This document shows positions 13,755 to 27,393 of a DNA stretch of 64,000 nucleotides, piece after piece. Position 1 is the stretch's first letter. Each line of letters starts with the position of its first letter. The translations under genes and the position numbers were made by a program. The stretch is from Octopus vulgaris. Lineage: Eukaryota. The stretch covers positions 3,224,001 through 3,288,000 of the forward strand of contig OX597824.1 in the NCBI GenBank assembly GCA_951406725.2, in the 5' to 3' direction. Below the pieces are notes generated by a model that had not been told where the DNA came from, searched no databases, and saw only the letters and a program-made list of their open reading frames with translations.

Positions 13755-14955
13755 GTGGGTTTCTTTTCCATTACATTTCCATCTGCATGTCTATATTGCT
13801 GTTTAACCTCCGGGTCAGTCCTTGCCCGAAACATTTATATTTAAATGCATTTCAGCCATGGGGATACCGTCTTTTATCAGACGAATTATATCGAAAACCA
13901 CAATATCCGATGTGTATATCTTGTCGTTTGAAGGCAGAGGTATTTGGCTGTTGTTGTTTCTAACTCACAATGCCTGCGATGAGACTTTCTGAGCATAACT
14001 GAGGTTGTTTCTTTAGCACCGGGTCGACTCTGATCCAGCAGATCTATGGTCGGAGACGTTGCATCTACTACCATCGCTTATTTCTGGATAACCAGAAATA
14101 CTTCGGGGAATGAGAGAGTTTTGATTGAACAAGATCGCAAATACGTAACTATTCCAAGATCATTGCTACAAAAAATAAAGCAGAACCAAGCAAGCATCTA
14201 CGAAACACTAATTTATATTCCAAAAGATAAATAAATAAATCAGTGTGCCAAACATTATTTCTAATTATTCCCTAGAAGATGGAAGCTTTTGGTTGCCTGT
14301 TTCCTGTCATTGGAATACGATTTATCTTCTAAAAAGCCCATCACAGGTCTTGCATTTTTAGGGGATACTTTTATTACCAAAGAAAAAAGTGTTATTCTCA
14401 AGTACTAGTTTTCGTCCTAATATACAAACTTTTGAGAATTTATCTTGGATTTTATCTGGGTGTTTTGTCAACCAGAGATACACAGCTTCGCTTATGCAGG
14501 ACATTGGTGCATCGACTTGTTACACAAAAGCTTCGTAAAATTGTTTTTAGTGTAATGTTTGGGGTATGTGATTCAAAAATATCTACACCATCTCGGATGA
14601 AGTTTGATATTATTTGTCATAATGATTCTATTATTATATTATTAAATTTCTGGACCGGCATTTATAAGGTATAAATCGATGTTGGACGACTGCTTTATTT
14701 GCGGATAGAGTAGGAGCGGAAGGAAATAGAATCTAGAAAATTGTCATTACCTTTTAAGCAGATTACATGGATCAATAAAATTGACAATGGAATAGCGTGT
14801 AAAGGAACCGCCTTTTTAGGAAGCCATTCTGGATATTAAACAAGAGGATAATATTAAAAGAGATGGGCGAATTGCACCTGTTATTCAAAAGGCTTAGCAT
14901 TCCACGTTCAATGTCACACTGACTTTGTCTGGGGATTATCTGCAGACCCTTCTGA

Positions 14956-15442
14956 AATACAAATTTTCCTGCAATTGTCATGGTTTTAGAAGTTGTCAGC
15001 AATGAAGGACATGTGATGCCTCCTTACTTCTTTCCACAGGGCCTTAGAGTTAACTCTGCCGCCCACATTGAATTCCTGGAAATAATTGTTAAACCCTGGA
15101 TAGACAGTGTACGCAATGGAAGGCCATATGTGTTTCAATAAGAATCTGCACTATCACACATTCCTAGTAACACAGGAATGGATGGCTGAAAATTTTCATG
15201 ATCACACAACCCCTAATATTTGGCCTCCTATCCCCAGATCTCAATCCATTGGACTATTACATGTGGAGCGTTGTTGAGAGAGAGATCAATGAACATGCCC
15301 ATAACACCAAAGATTCTTTGAAATCTGCCATAGTCAGAGTAATGTCCAAAATGAACCAGAACCACTTGATTCGAGAGCATGTAGATGATTTAGATCTCAT
15401 ATAGAAGCAGTTGTTGTAGCTGAAGGTGACTTTATTGAATAA
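14956..15442 (+). mobile_element. maT/DD37D-type transposase C-terminal pseudogene fragment
   Basis: KFPAIVMV..VSNEGHVMPP.FF, KPWIDSV..GRPYVFQ, SPDLNPLDYYMWSVVE, IEAVVVAEGDFIE*, with stops and frameshifts. Confidence 0.85.
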
Positions 15443-16103
15443 CATTATAGAAAAGAAGGTTTATTTTTAGCCTCATAGCAATTTCTTGTGTTTTTATAAA
15501 CATAAATCTGTCGTCAATCAAATATCTTACGCATCATATATATACGTATATATGGTTAGCCTCTGCAGTTTCCATCCCTCCTAAAATTCCACCCATAAGG
15601 TATTGATGAGCCCAGTCCTTGGTACACTTGCTCCTGTCGCCCTGATGTGAAATTGAGTCCAGAACCACGTTGTTGCAAAGAGCAACCTTCTTAACCCCAC
15701 TTCACCAATACACAGACACTTTGTTTGAATGCGTCTTCTTCGCATCCGTTTCCCAACATTAAACAACCCCACTCGACACCATTTTTCAAGTGAGATTACA
15801 CTCGCAAAGAAAACTAGTTTCTTGATATGCAAATTGGAACATCAGAAATAATTTTAGGAATAAATTGAAGAAAAATAGTCATACATTAGTATTTGTTTGA
15901 ATCTGTCAGAGGCAGTTAAATCTCATTGCTTGTGTAAGACTGCTATAATCTGAATATCTTAGAACCAGAAGTCTTTTCAGCCGTACACAATATCAATTGT
16001 TTTCATAGAAGCTGGTTACAATCTGCTGAATCAGCCTAAGTATATCACAGGCCTTGGTGTTTATAGAGCTTCGAAGACCATAAGACGCAATCATGGGAAG
16101 TAA

Positions 16104-16487
<384 letters not shown>

Positions 16488-16739
16488 TGAACACTTAAAA
16501 CGTTTACAATTTCTTTTTCTCTATCTTCATTCTTTATCTCAGGTATTTATTTTTCTCAGAGATTGTAATCTGTGTTCTCAGTTTCATCCCCAGGGTAAAA
16601 CAGAAACCAAGCAATTGTCAATATTTCTCCTTCTCATAAAAGATCATTTTATTTCGCATTTCTTCAACTCATAAAAGAACAAAAACATTTTCAAATGTTA
16701 TATTCTTCAACTGTCTTTAAAAATAATTACCTTTTTCTT

Positions 16740-16792
<53 letters not shown>

Positions 16793-17815
16793 TATGTCTG
16801 ACTGTGTGTTTTTGTGTATTTGAGTTTCTGCCTTCTGTTCCAGATTTGTATAAATAAACATGAAATATGCCTGCAGAATTCTGTAAGAAAAAATATTTAT
16901 TGAAACCTGGCAAAAAAAGATAAATATATAAGTAAAACAAATAAATAAACACTGTCAAGCTTAGCTTAATTTCCGTGTGAAGTGGAGGAATATGTATGTC
17001 TAGCTTGGAGGGCAATCACAAACGGCTTCGATATTATTAATCAAAGGAAAGCAAAACAAAGAAAAGTCAAGTGCGTGTTTCATAAATAAACTTTGTCAAA
17101 ATGAAATAAAATCAATTTTGATATTTTAATTATTTTTCGTTAGATTAGTACAGTTTGTGTGCATAGCAGGAGGAGACAAAGTCAATGCGTTAGCCTTGAT
17201 GCATTGTGACATTTAATTGCATACCTTTGTTTAAACTTCAAATCTTGGTGATATCTATAAAGTAAAATTAAAATTAATGGGTCTCCTTCAGTTTTTGGTG
17301 GTGATCAGAGACAGCTTGTTTAATGGTTTAGCGTTCAAGCGGCTGAATATTCCACAGATGCCTGTACTCTTCGTGTAAACCTCGAGCAGAATCAGCGTAA
17401 CATAGTGACACGACTCTACCTCTGATTTACGAGCACAATCAATTTAAAGGGATTCCACGTAGTTTCCATCAACCCAGTTTCGGACACAAGACCTGGGTTG
17501 ACCCGATACCGTAATGAAAAACACTTTGCCAAAATGCCATGCAGTGGAGTCTGGCTTGGTCAATGTAAAGAGGAGGAGGAGGAAGAGGAGGAGGGGAATG
17601 GGAGGAGGAGGACGACGACGACGACGACGACGACGACGAGGGGGACGAGGACGAAGAGGAAGACTGAATTTCTTAACCAATCAACCATGTTGTCTCAAAA
17701 AACAAGCACCAATCAATTAGATCAATTGCATTCCTGCAACTCTGCCAAACTTAAAATTACTATCAGCATTTTGAGTTGAACTCTTCTGGGTTGTGCGTGA
17801 GTGTGCGCGTGTGTG

Positions 17816-17860
<45 letters not shown>

Positions 17861-18762
17861 GCGTGTGTGTGTGTGTGCGTGTGCGTGTGTGTGCGTGTGC
17901 GTGAGTGTGCGCGTGTGTGCATGTGTGTGTGTGTGTGTGTGTGCGTGTGTGTGTGTGCGTGTGCGTGTGTGTTAGTGTGTGTGGAGAGAGAGTATCTCTT
18001 GAGAATTAAAGACAGATAGTCAATAGGTGAGAACAAATCAATAAAGATCGAAACTTCTCCAGCTGAGTTCATTTTTTTTCTCTGTTCACGAAGAGAGTTT
18101 ATAAATGATAGTTACTTTCGTCTCTCCAGTGTATTTAATTCAGTTTAATTTCCACGCACAATATTGGTCGGATTCTATGGAATTATTCAGGAGCACATCC
18201 TAGCAACAACACTAACGCCATCATCTATGTATGTGTGTAAGCGCGCTCGTACGTGTATGTGTGTGTCTGTCTGTTTGTGTCTGTTTGTGTGTGTGTGTGT
18301 ATGTTGGCTATAATCTTTCTGATTAATATATTGCTAATGTCGTTGTCTCCATTCCGGAATACAATTTACAAACTCTTTCCAGTCGTTGCGAAATTTGTCA
18401 CAGTGAATAATTAATATTTGTTTCTGTTTGAGAAAGAAACGGAAGTTGTGTGCATGCGTGTGTAAGTGTTTGTATACGTGTATGTGTGTAAGTATGTGTA
18501 TGTGTGTGTGTGATTAATGGATTAATTGATTATTGTTCTCCAGTGTAATCCTAATCAATGTATTTCTATAATTTATGGTTATCTCTTCATTACTTTTGCA
18601 AACTTCGTTTCAATTTTCAAAATTTTGTTCATGGTTATATCATTAAACTAACAGACAAAAATTGATTATTTTAACAATTTCTAGAAATTTTATTTTGTAC
18701 TGTATTTATTTCTCATCATTTTCTATATATATATATATTCTCTCTTTTGTTTTCACTTTCAG

Positions 18763-18835
18763 TGATAAATTATTCCCAACACTTGGATTCGGAGCTAGAC
18801 TCCCAGATGGCAGTGTATCTCATGAATTTGCTCTG
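18763..18835 (+). CDS. CPNE8: Copine exon (DKLFPTLGFGARLPDGSVSHEFAL)
   Basis: ctttcag acceptor, CTG|gtatgt donor; 73 nt, phase 2-0; FP.LGFGA..P motif. Confidence 0.96.
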
Positions 18836-19296
18836 GTATGTCCTTTTTTCAATTCTCCTAAAAGCTGCTCACTATAACATTTATCATGAATCTCGCTGTT
18901 TTGCTTATTTTCACTGTTAAATTTGGATAAGCATTTTGTTTTACCGAAATAAATTACAGACTGTTTGCGCAAACTGTTCCTGTGTTCTATCAGTTGTCAT
19001 ATTAATTCAGATTGTCTCACACTATTTTTGTGCCATAATTTTTCTTTATTACCTAACATCAAACCTATCTCTACAGTTTTATTCAAAGAATTATTGAGAA
19101 TGCAAATAACCATTATATTATCGTTCACTAACAACAAAGAAAATAACTGAAAAAAGAAAAGGTAGCTGAGTGGAAGAGTGCGTCTACGTATTTGAATTCG
19201 TTTGTACGTCGATGTAAATTCTGATATCGAGCAGATGTGTGTTGGTTCTATGCCACAAACATGTGTTTTAAAGAATGGTCAGTTTATGGATTCATA

Positions 19297-19512
19297 TATG
19301 AAGGGGTACAAAAAACTTCCTGGCTTTAGGGGCGTCGCGAAAGGCCTGGTTGGAAGCTCACAGATTTCTTTTACAGGGTTTAGAAAAATTGAAGAACCCC
19401 TGCAATAAGTGTGTAAATCTGGGAGAGGAATATCTTGAATGAAATCATAATTAATTGATCCACTTGTATTTTCTTTTACCCAAAACCAGGAATTTTTAAG
19501 CACCCCGTCGTA
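19297..19512 (+). mobile_element. Mariner deletion derivative (MITE)
   Basis: TIRs tatgaaggggtacaaaaaacttcctgg / ccaggaatttttaagcaccccgtcgta with TA flanks; keeps the transposase end KCVNLGEEYLE*. Confidence 0.8.
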
Positions 19513-22180
19513 TAACACCCACCATTAAGGGAATTGCTAGACGTTGTGAACTGCTTTCACTTATTGTTCAGCTGATAATCTATTTGTTACGCTGCTCTTG
19601 TTACGATGCTGCTGTTAGTAAATCTTTGTCAGGTACATGACACATTGATACACACTCACATCGTAATGTCTTTTTTTCTCCTGTTTGATTATTTCGATAA
19701 TGACGTACCACTATTTTCCTTTCTGACGACAAATACGCCATTTGCAAATAGTGGAGCTAATTAAATAAATAATTCCATTCCTCACAAGTAAGGTTACCGT
19801 TTCAACTTTGCTGCAATTTTATTCTCATGTTGAATAAAATGACAGATTGATAGCAAATAAAACAAAACAAAAAACCAGCCATAAACAGATTCATTGCAAA
19901 CACCCAAAGATATTATATTCCGCTCAGAAACAATGAAATTATTTATGAGAGGTCTATATTATATTACTATATTCGCAGTTACAACTAGAGTTTTGTTTTT
20001 TGTTGTTTTTTGCTTTTGATAAATGTTTGCTCTTTTATTTTCTGCTTATCATTGTGTCAGATAGATAATTCAGTTTGACATTTTCCCAATGGAGAAATGG
20101 CTGCAATATAGAAAACGAGTTGCTATTTTAGTTACAATCTTATACTACAGTCAGTCGTGGTTGAGTATACCTATATAATCATAGATGCCGTTGATTAAAA
20201 ACAGAACATTAGATTTGTCTTTATCGTCGTAGCAGATTGTCTTAAAAGGGAGAAATTAATGCGAGAGGACAAAATGTTTTAAAGGTGACTACTCGGAATA
20301 ATCCAAAGAAATATACCGACTCTCACCTAGTTGGCTTCCAAATGAATCCTTTCCGTGTCGATTTTTAGCATAAATAACTAAATATTACAAGCTTTTTTGC
20401 AACAAGTGCAATAAGTGACGCTTTTTTGCAACATCAACCGCATCGCTAACATTTTCATGTTTATCTTTCGATGCTGGCATGATTTCTACGACCCCTAGTC
20501 ATGAACCTGCGTCAGCTCTTCTGGATATTCAAGCGCTTTCCTACATCTCTTTCTCATTTCGTTTGCCTAAATCTTGTTAGGTTATTTTCTTCCTCAGTAA
20601 TCTTCAACTGGGGGTATGAAATTAGAGTTGGGGGTGAGGAAATTAAGTTTGTGTTGTGAGAGAGACAGATAAAGAGAAGGAGAAGAAAGTGAAGTATTAT
20701 AACAGTAATCTAATCTTAAGGATTTAACAAATGCTGAATCTAATTGATTAGGCGACTCTATCTTTCATCCCAGATGCTGAAAGCTCGGTAACCAAATAAC
20801 CTACAGTTAATGTACGACCAACGCTCCGCTATCCTCTATTTAATGTCACACTTAGCTTAATCATATTTTCAGTTTCCATAAATGATTGCTCACAACTGTC
20901 TCTCAACCAACCATATCGTCTTAAGTCCGGTCCCACGGTGTGACATCTTAGAGAAGGGTCTTCAACTATAGCTCCGGACCGATCAAGGCCTTGCGAGTGA
21001 ATCTGATAAACAGAAAACCCCCTACAAATATGTACGTGCGTGCATGCGCGCGCGCGCGTGTGTGTGTGTGCGTGCGTATGTGTGCGCTTGTGCGTGTGTG
21101 TATATTTATAAATGTTTTTATGTGTACGTGTATGCATACGTGTGTGTGTATCTTTGGATTTGGGTTGCATTTGTACTTACCGCCGCTTGATAACCGATGT
21201 TTGTTTGTATACGTCCCCATAAGGTAGAAGTTTAGCAAAAGAAACTGATAGTATACGAAACCAATAAAAACAAGTACCGAGATTGATTTGTTTGGCGAAA
21301 CCCTTTCAAGCGCTGCTCCAGCTTGGCTGCAGTTCCGTAACAAAAACAAGTAAAAAACAAAAGATTATTATAAAATTCCTCTTCACGTTTTTGTGTTTCT
21401 AGATTTAAACAGCTTCAATGGGTTTTTTGTGTGATTTACTAACGATGTGCCTTCTTTTTGCTTTCTAACAACAAATATCCCATTAGCAAAGAGCAGGGCC
21501 AATTAAATGCACAGATCCATTCTTCAGAAGTAAGGTTAATGTTTTAACTTTGCAGTAAATTCCTTCTCATGTTTGATAAAATGACATATTCATAGCAGAA
21601 ATAAGCAATAAATTTATTTATTGCAAACAAGGCAACGATATATTATTATATTCTATCCAGAAACAATAAAAGAATATGTGACAGGCTTTTATTATAACAC
21701 TACATCCGCTTAACTGTGGATGTTGTTAGAACTTGTTTGTTTTGCTATTTCTTTTAACTAAACGTTTTCTCTGTTGTATTCTGCTTGTCAGCTGCCAACG
21801 TAAGCAATTCTCGCAGTTTCCTGATAGGCTAAAATGCAGAAGATGAGTTGCTAACCACTTACATTCATTTATTAGTTCCGTCCCTTTAACCAAAATTTGT
21901 GAGTTTACCCAACTGAATTATTGCCTGGGTTGCCTGAATGCTCCAACGAGACGGGTATTGAATGTCGTTTCTCTGCTCAACGACATAATACTTTGATGAG
22001 GTCCTCCAGAGCTTTGTGTGAAATTCAATTTACAACAAAAACAAGATATAAAGAAACTTTGCATATTGGATGACTTGACTGGTTTTATTAATACACATAT
22101 ATTTATTACTTAATGCTACAATTATATACAACGAGTGCTTCGCACTTTGTCACAAGTTACTTGCTAAATCTCATATAAAC

Positions 22181-23703
22181 ACCCAGAACCACGTTAATAG
22201 CTTAGGAGTGAAATTTAGGATCTCTCGGCTTTCTGTGAATCGATTTTGGTAAAAATTTTCCCAGCTGGTTTTCACATTATGACAACACCATCGGGTTTTC
22301 ATTATTCTCTGTAACGTCCTTTCTTTTTTTTATTTAAGATTGTTCAGTTCTTGGGTGAACCACGCTTATAGCTTTTGAATGAAAATAGACCATTTAGACA
22401 TTTAATTTTTTTTCAGAAAATTAAGGGTAATGATACATATTAAGCATACATTTAACAGAAAACCATAATAATATTATAACATTTATTGATATAATTAATT
22501 ATTTAGCCATATGAGCGCCAAAGAAGAAACGATCTGATTGTGGAACCTCCCAAGATTGTGACAGTTAGGGATTTAAGGAATATTTGTCGCAAGTTACGTG
22601 GGATACTTGGACAAACAAGCAAAACCATTTTCACCGCCTCCGGACTTCTTCATGTACAGAAAATCACCAGAAATCGCATCCTCATGGCCAAGGCTTCCGT
22701 ACGAGAACCCCTGAAACTGCCTCGTCACAGGAGTTTGAGGTTTTCAATGGGCCCAAAAGTACATGGCGTTAGACATGAGTTGTGTTCTGTTCACTGACGA
22801 AATCAGGGCGTCCCTTGACGAACCTGACGGTTGGACAAATGGTTGGGTCTACTTTGGAGATGTCACTAATGTTTACGACCTCAACAACAGGGTGGAGGAA
22901 ACATGTTGTGAGTTTTTATCATTGGGAACAGACTTGTTGGCCCAGTCAGGGCACCTGAAGAGGTCACAGTGACCGCAGCCGCCTACTACAATCTCCTGAA
23001 GGAGGTCTTGGATCCCTGGTTAGATGACATACTGCTGACACTTCTTCGGAATCTCGTATTCGTGCATGACAACGCCCCCTCCCACTCTGCCTGGATTACC
23101 CAAACATTACTAGGGTCTTACGGCATACAAGGTGAAAGGTTTATGGTGTGGCCGCTAGTATCTCCGGATCTCAACCCTATCAAAAATCTTTGGTCCATCA
23201 TTAAGCAAGATGTTTATGCCGATGGACACCAATTTACGTCGAAAGATGCTTTATGGGCGACCATCAAAACTGGGGCAGAGACAGTCCAGCCTGCTACTAT
23301 TAAGAAATTGACAGATTCCATGACTAATAGAGTTTTTTGAAGTTACCCGTCGAAATGGCGCTCAGGTGGCTAAATAATTCTTTATGTCAATAAATGTTAT
23401 GATATTATTATGGTTTTTTGTTAAATGTATGCTTAGATATATGCTTAATATGTACCATTACCCTTCATTTTCTGAAAAATAATGTCTAGACGGACTATTT
23501 TCATTCAAAAGCTCTTAGCGTGGTTCACCCAAGGACTGAGGGTTCTGAAATAAAGCAGAAAGGACGTTACACACGATAATGAAAACTTAACAATGGTGTT
23601 GCCATAGTTTGAAAACCAGCTGGGAAAAGTTTTATCAAAATCGATTCACAGAAAACTGAGAAATCTTAAATTTCACTCCTAGGCTACGTGCGTGGTTCTG
23701 GGT
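22181..23703 (+). mobile_element. Tc1-like DD37E/TRT-type element, defective, with ~340-bp inverted ends
   Basis: VLFTDE..ASLDEPDGW, FVHDNAPSH, WPLVSPDLNPIKNLW; 37 residues between the second D and the E position (E mutated to K); 22181-22520 is inverted at 23357-23703. Confidence 0.9.
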
Positions 23704-23964
23704 TATCGCGTGTCTGTTTCTGGATTTATATTTATCGATATAAACCGGTGTTGAATTGTATCATTTTATATTAACTCCATCACTTAACGATCTGATAAAT
23801 GTATATCGATAACATATGAACAAGACTGGAGTAAATACTAAAACTGATACGATTCGCAAAACGTCATTGCTCCAGCGAATGAAGAAAAGGTAATAAAAAT
23901 GTGAGGACCCAGTGGAACTCGAACTCATGAGGTAAGAAGTGGTATATATATTTCTATACCGACT

Positions 23965-24175
23965 AAGGCAGTGAGCTGGTAGAATCGTTACCGCACCGAG
24001 CAAAATGCTGAGCGGCATTTCGTCCGTCTTTACGTCCTGAGTTCAAATTCCACCGATGTCGATTTTGCCTTCCATCCTTTCGGGTCGATAAAATAAGTAC
24101 CAGTTGAGGGCTCGATGTAATCAGCTAACTCCTTTTCTCGAAATTACTGGCCTTGTGCCAAAATTTGAAACCAAT
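23965..24175 (+). mobile_element. SINE family A, well-preserved copy
   Basis: aaggcagtgagctggtagaatcgtt...gagttcaaattcc...gccttccatcctttcgggtcgataaaataagtaccag. More than 15 related copies occur on both strands in the window. Confidence 0.85.
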
Positions 24176-24640
24176 ATTTCAATAACGAGCTCTTGCTTGG
24201 AGAGTACAATATTTCTGCTCACTGCTTATGAAGTTTATCCTTTAGAACTCATAAAACTTAATAATTAATTCCCATCAACACAAACCATCATCAGCTCCCT
24301 GGGTCTATGGTCATTTTCTCTCTGTTTTTTTTTTTTATATATACTTCTAAAAACCTAAAACCTAAAGAATATTGTTTCGTGACAGAATCGCTAAAGCATC
24401 GGGAAAAATTCCCTGACCGTATAGATTCTGGGTTCATATTCTGCCACCGGCAACTTTGCTCTTCGTCTTCTACTCCATGATCGATTAAATAAAAGACCAG
24501 GGAAATTCTGGAGTTGATAGTATCGACTAATTCATTCCACTATAAATTGCTGGCTTTGTGCCTAAATCAGAAACCATTGTTTGTAGGAAATTCCTTAGAA
24601 AATAGTTAAGAATAAATAATGGAATTATATTATTTTCCAG

Positions 24641-24768
24641 AACTGCAATCCTAATAACCCTTACTGCGCCGGTATTCAAGGCATTCTCCAGGCTTACTAT
24701 GACTCACTGCAAAGAGTACAGCTGTATGGACCCACCAATTTCTCCCCGGTCATCAATCACGTTGCTAA
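24641..24768 (+). CDS. CPNE8: Copine exon ([43 protein letters not shown])
   Basis: ttccag acceptor, AA|gtaagt donor; 128 nt, phase 0-2; LYGPTNF MIDAS Thr. Not in the ORF track; translated by hand. Confidence 0.96.
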
Positions 24769-25213
24769 GTAAGTAGCTTTATATATCTATCTTTATATAT
24801 TTACTTTATGATGGAACTGGTGAAATGAATGTGGCCTAGTGCTGACGGTGTGGCACTAACGATCGTATGAACATGGTTTCGATTCTCGAACTGGGTGCTG
24901 TGTTCTTGAGCAAAATATTTTAATTCACGTTAATCCAATCCACTCAGTTATAAATAAGTTCCAGCAATTGTTGTGATGTTAACCCTAAGATAGACCGGGT
25001 ACGTGTGTGTTGTATATATATGTGGGTGGGTGTATGTATATATATATATATATGTGGGTGGGTGTATGTATATATATATATATTAATCGAATTAATCTAA
25101 ATTTTCTTTACCTAGTGGTCAGCATTTCTTAACTCATAGTTATTTCGATCTTGGAAGGATGGACTTGGTGATAACTTAACTGTATCTATTTTATTATTTT
25201 TTATTATTATTAC

Positions 25214-25247
<34 letters not shown>

Positions 25248-25586
25248 AGTAATTTTTATTAACTTTTTTAGCTTTAGAATTTTATGAACTGTACCACGGA
25301 TTTAATTATTATTATTTTTCATCTCCATATGTGTTAGCCCTTTTTTTTATATAAAAAAAACTATTAGCTAAATATGTATGATATCGGTACTTATTAATAT
25401 TATATATACACTGTTATATATTTTGTTTTATTTTGTTCTGGCTACCTTCCTTTTTGTACAAATGTGTATTATATTATACAAGTGTAGCATTATGATGTAT
25501 AAGTTTTTATATTTTACTTTTTTATATTTTTATATTTATATGTATATGATTATATAATATTTTTCACTATTATAACAAATTTAATT

Positions 25587-25704
25587 TAATTCTCTGAAGA
25601 GGCCGTGGGGCATCTTTGTTAATGCCTCATTTATACCTGCCTTTATGGCTTATAGGTTAAATGAGGTATGACTGTCCTCACTGCCGAAACAGCTGTCAGT
25701 TTTG
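25587..25704 (+). ncRNA. Type I hammerhead ribozyme motif (Penelope-type) in a copine intron
   Basis: CTGAAGA 25594-25600; stem II GGC/GCC with a long hairpin; GAAA 25686-25689; palindromic stem III ACAGCTGT; GUC site at 25697; weak stem I. Confidence 0.72.
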
Positions 25705-25901
25705 ATTTATTTGCATATTGTATTTGTAATTTTTTACTTATATCTCTTTATCTTTTTACTTTTACTATTACTGTATATCTCATTTCATTTTATATATTGC
25801 CTTTACTCCTATGTAATGGTGTATTAAAGTATGGATTGAGTATCATCGGATAGTTGATGTTTTATTGATTTAAGTATGTTTCTCCATTCTCTAATTTTGT
25901 A

Positions 25902-25945
<44 letters not shown>

Positions 25946-25949
<4 letters not shown>

Positions 25950-26335
25950 GCTGTGTGGTAAGTAGCTTGCTTACCAACCACATGGTTCCGGGTTCAGTCC
26001 CACTGCGTGGCACCTTGGGCAAGTGTCTTCTACTATAGCCTCGGGCTGACCAAAGCCTTGTGAGTGGATTTGGTAGATGGAAACTGAAAGAAGCCCTTGT
26101 ATATATGTATATAAATATATGTAAGTATTTGATATTTGTGTCTATGTTTGTCCCCCCAACATCGCTTGACAACAGATGCTGGTGTATTTGTGTCCCCGTA
26201 ACTTAGCGGTTCGGCAAAAGAGACCGATAGAATAAGTACTAGGCTTACAAAGAATAAGTCCTGGGGTCGATTTGCTCGACTAAAGGTGGTGCTCCAGCAT
26301 GGCCGCAGTCAAATGACTGAAGCAAATAAATGAGA
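25946..26335 (+). mobile_element. tRNA-derived CORE-type SINE, family B
   Basis: tggctgtgtggtaag A-box, gggttcagtccc B-box, CORE-like ggcaccttgggcaagtg; internal microsatellite; shared tail ggtgctccagcatggccgcagtc. Confidence 0.85.
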
Positions 26336-26359
26336 GTAGAGAGTATATATATATCTAAT

Positions 26360-26742
26360 CCTTTACTTGCTTCGTCAATAGACTGCAGCCATGCTGGAGC
26401 ACCATCTTGAAGAGTTTAATCAAGCGAATCAACCCCAGATTATATTTTTAAAATCCAGTTACGTATTCTATCGGTCTCTTTCGCAGAACCGCTATGTTAC
26501 GGGGACATAGACACGAACTAACACCGATTGTCCAACAGTGGTACAAGTCCAAACACACACACGCATACACATTCACACACAGACACACACATACGACGGG
26601 CTTCTTTCAATTTCCGTCCACCACATTCATTCACAAGGCGATAATTGACCCGCAGCTACAGTAACAGATACTTGCCCAAGGTGCCACGCAGTGCAACTGA
26701 ACCCGGAACCTTGTGGTCGGAAAGCAAACGCAGTTACTGCAC
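26360..26742 (-). mobile_element. SINE family B, inverted copy tail-to-tail with the preceding one
   Basis: cttgcccaaggtgccacgcagtgcaactgaacccggaacc and gactgcagccatgctggagcacc are reverse complements of the 25946 copy. Confidence 0.85.
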
Positions 26743-27175
26743 TTGATTCCAAGTAGTTCTACAGAAATACTCTTATCTTCTTTGCCAATGTACTTGAGTC
26801 GCAGAGGCGATGGTGTGGAGCAGCGGCTATAACTGCTACTGCTATTAGTTTAGAAATAAATGTTCCTATTTCGGACCCTGTTTGTTACTTTATAGACATC
26901 CAGAAGTAAGACACCCTAAGGTTATGAAAGAGAAAACCAATGAGACTTTGTGTAAAAGAAAAACAGTTGAAACTATTTTATCTCTAAAGACGAGATCAAT
27001 AATGTGAAAAACTATAAAAGTATTGGCAATAATTCGTCTCAGACTTTTATTATTCACAAAGAAGCTTTTGTTTTCATTCTTTAATATCTTTTACCAGAAT
27101 CGAAATTCATAAAATATTTTTGTTCAGTAAGAATTTATGGCCTCTTTTGTTTTGTTTGTTTGTTTTTAATTTTAG

Positions 27176-27278
27176 ATTTGCAAGCAATGTTCAAGATGGC
27201 TCCCATTATTTTATTCTTCTGATCATCACAGACGGTGTCATAACTGACATGAACCAAACTATCAAATCAATTATTCAG
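27176..27278 (+). CDS. CPNE8: Copine exon (FASNVQDGSHYFILLIITDGVITDMNQTIKSIIQ)
   Basis: ttttag acceptor, CAG|gtaagt donor; 103 nt, phase 2-0; LLIITDG MIDAS Asp. Confidence 0.96.
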
Positions 27279-27393
27279 GTAAGTCACGAGAACGTTTCGA
27301 TTGATTCATAAATTTACTGATTTCACAAGGAATTTCCAGCTGCATCACCCAGTTGTTATAAGACACAAATGATACGGACAACAGCTACATAGT

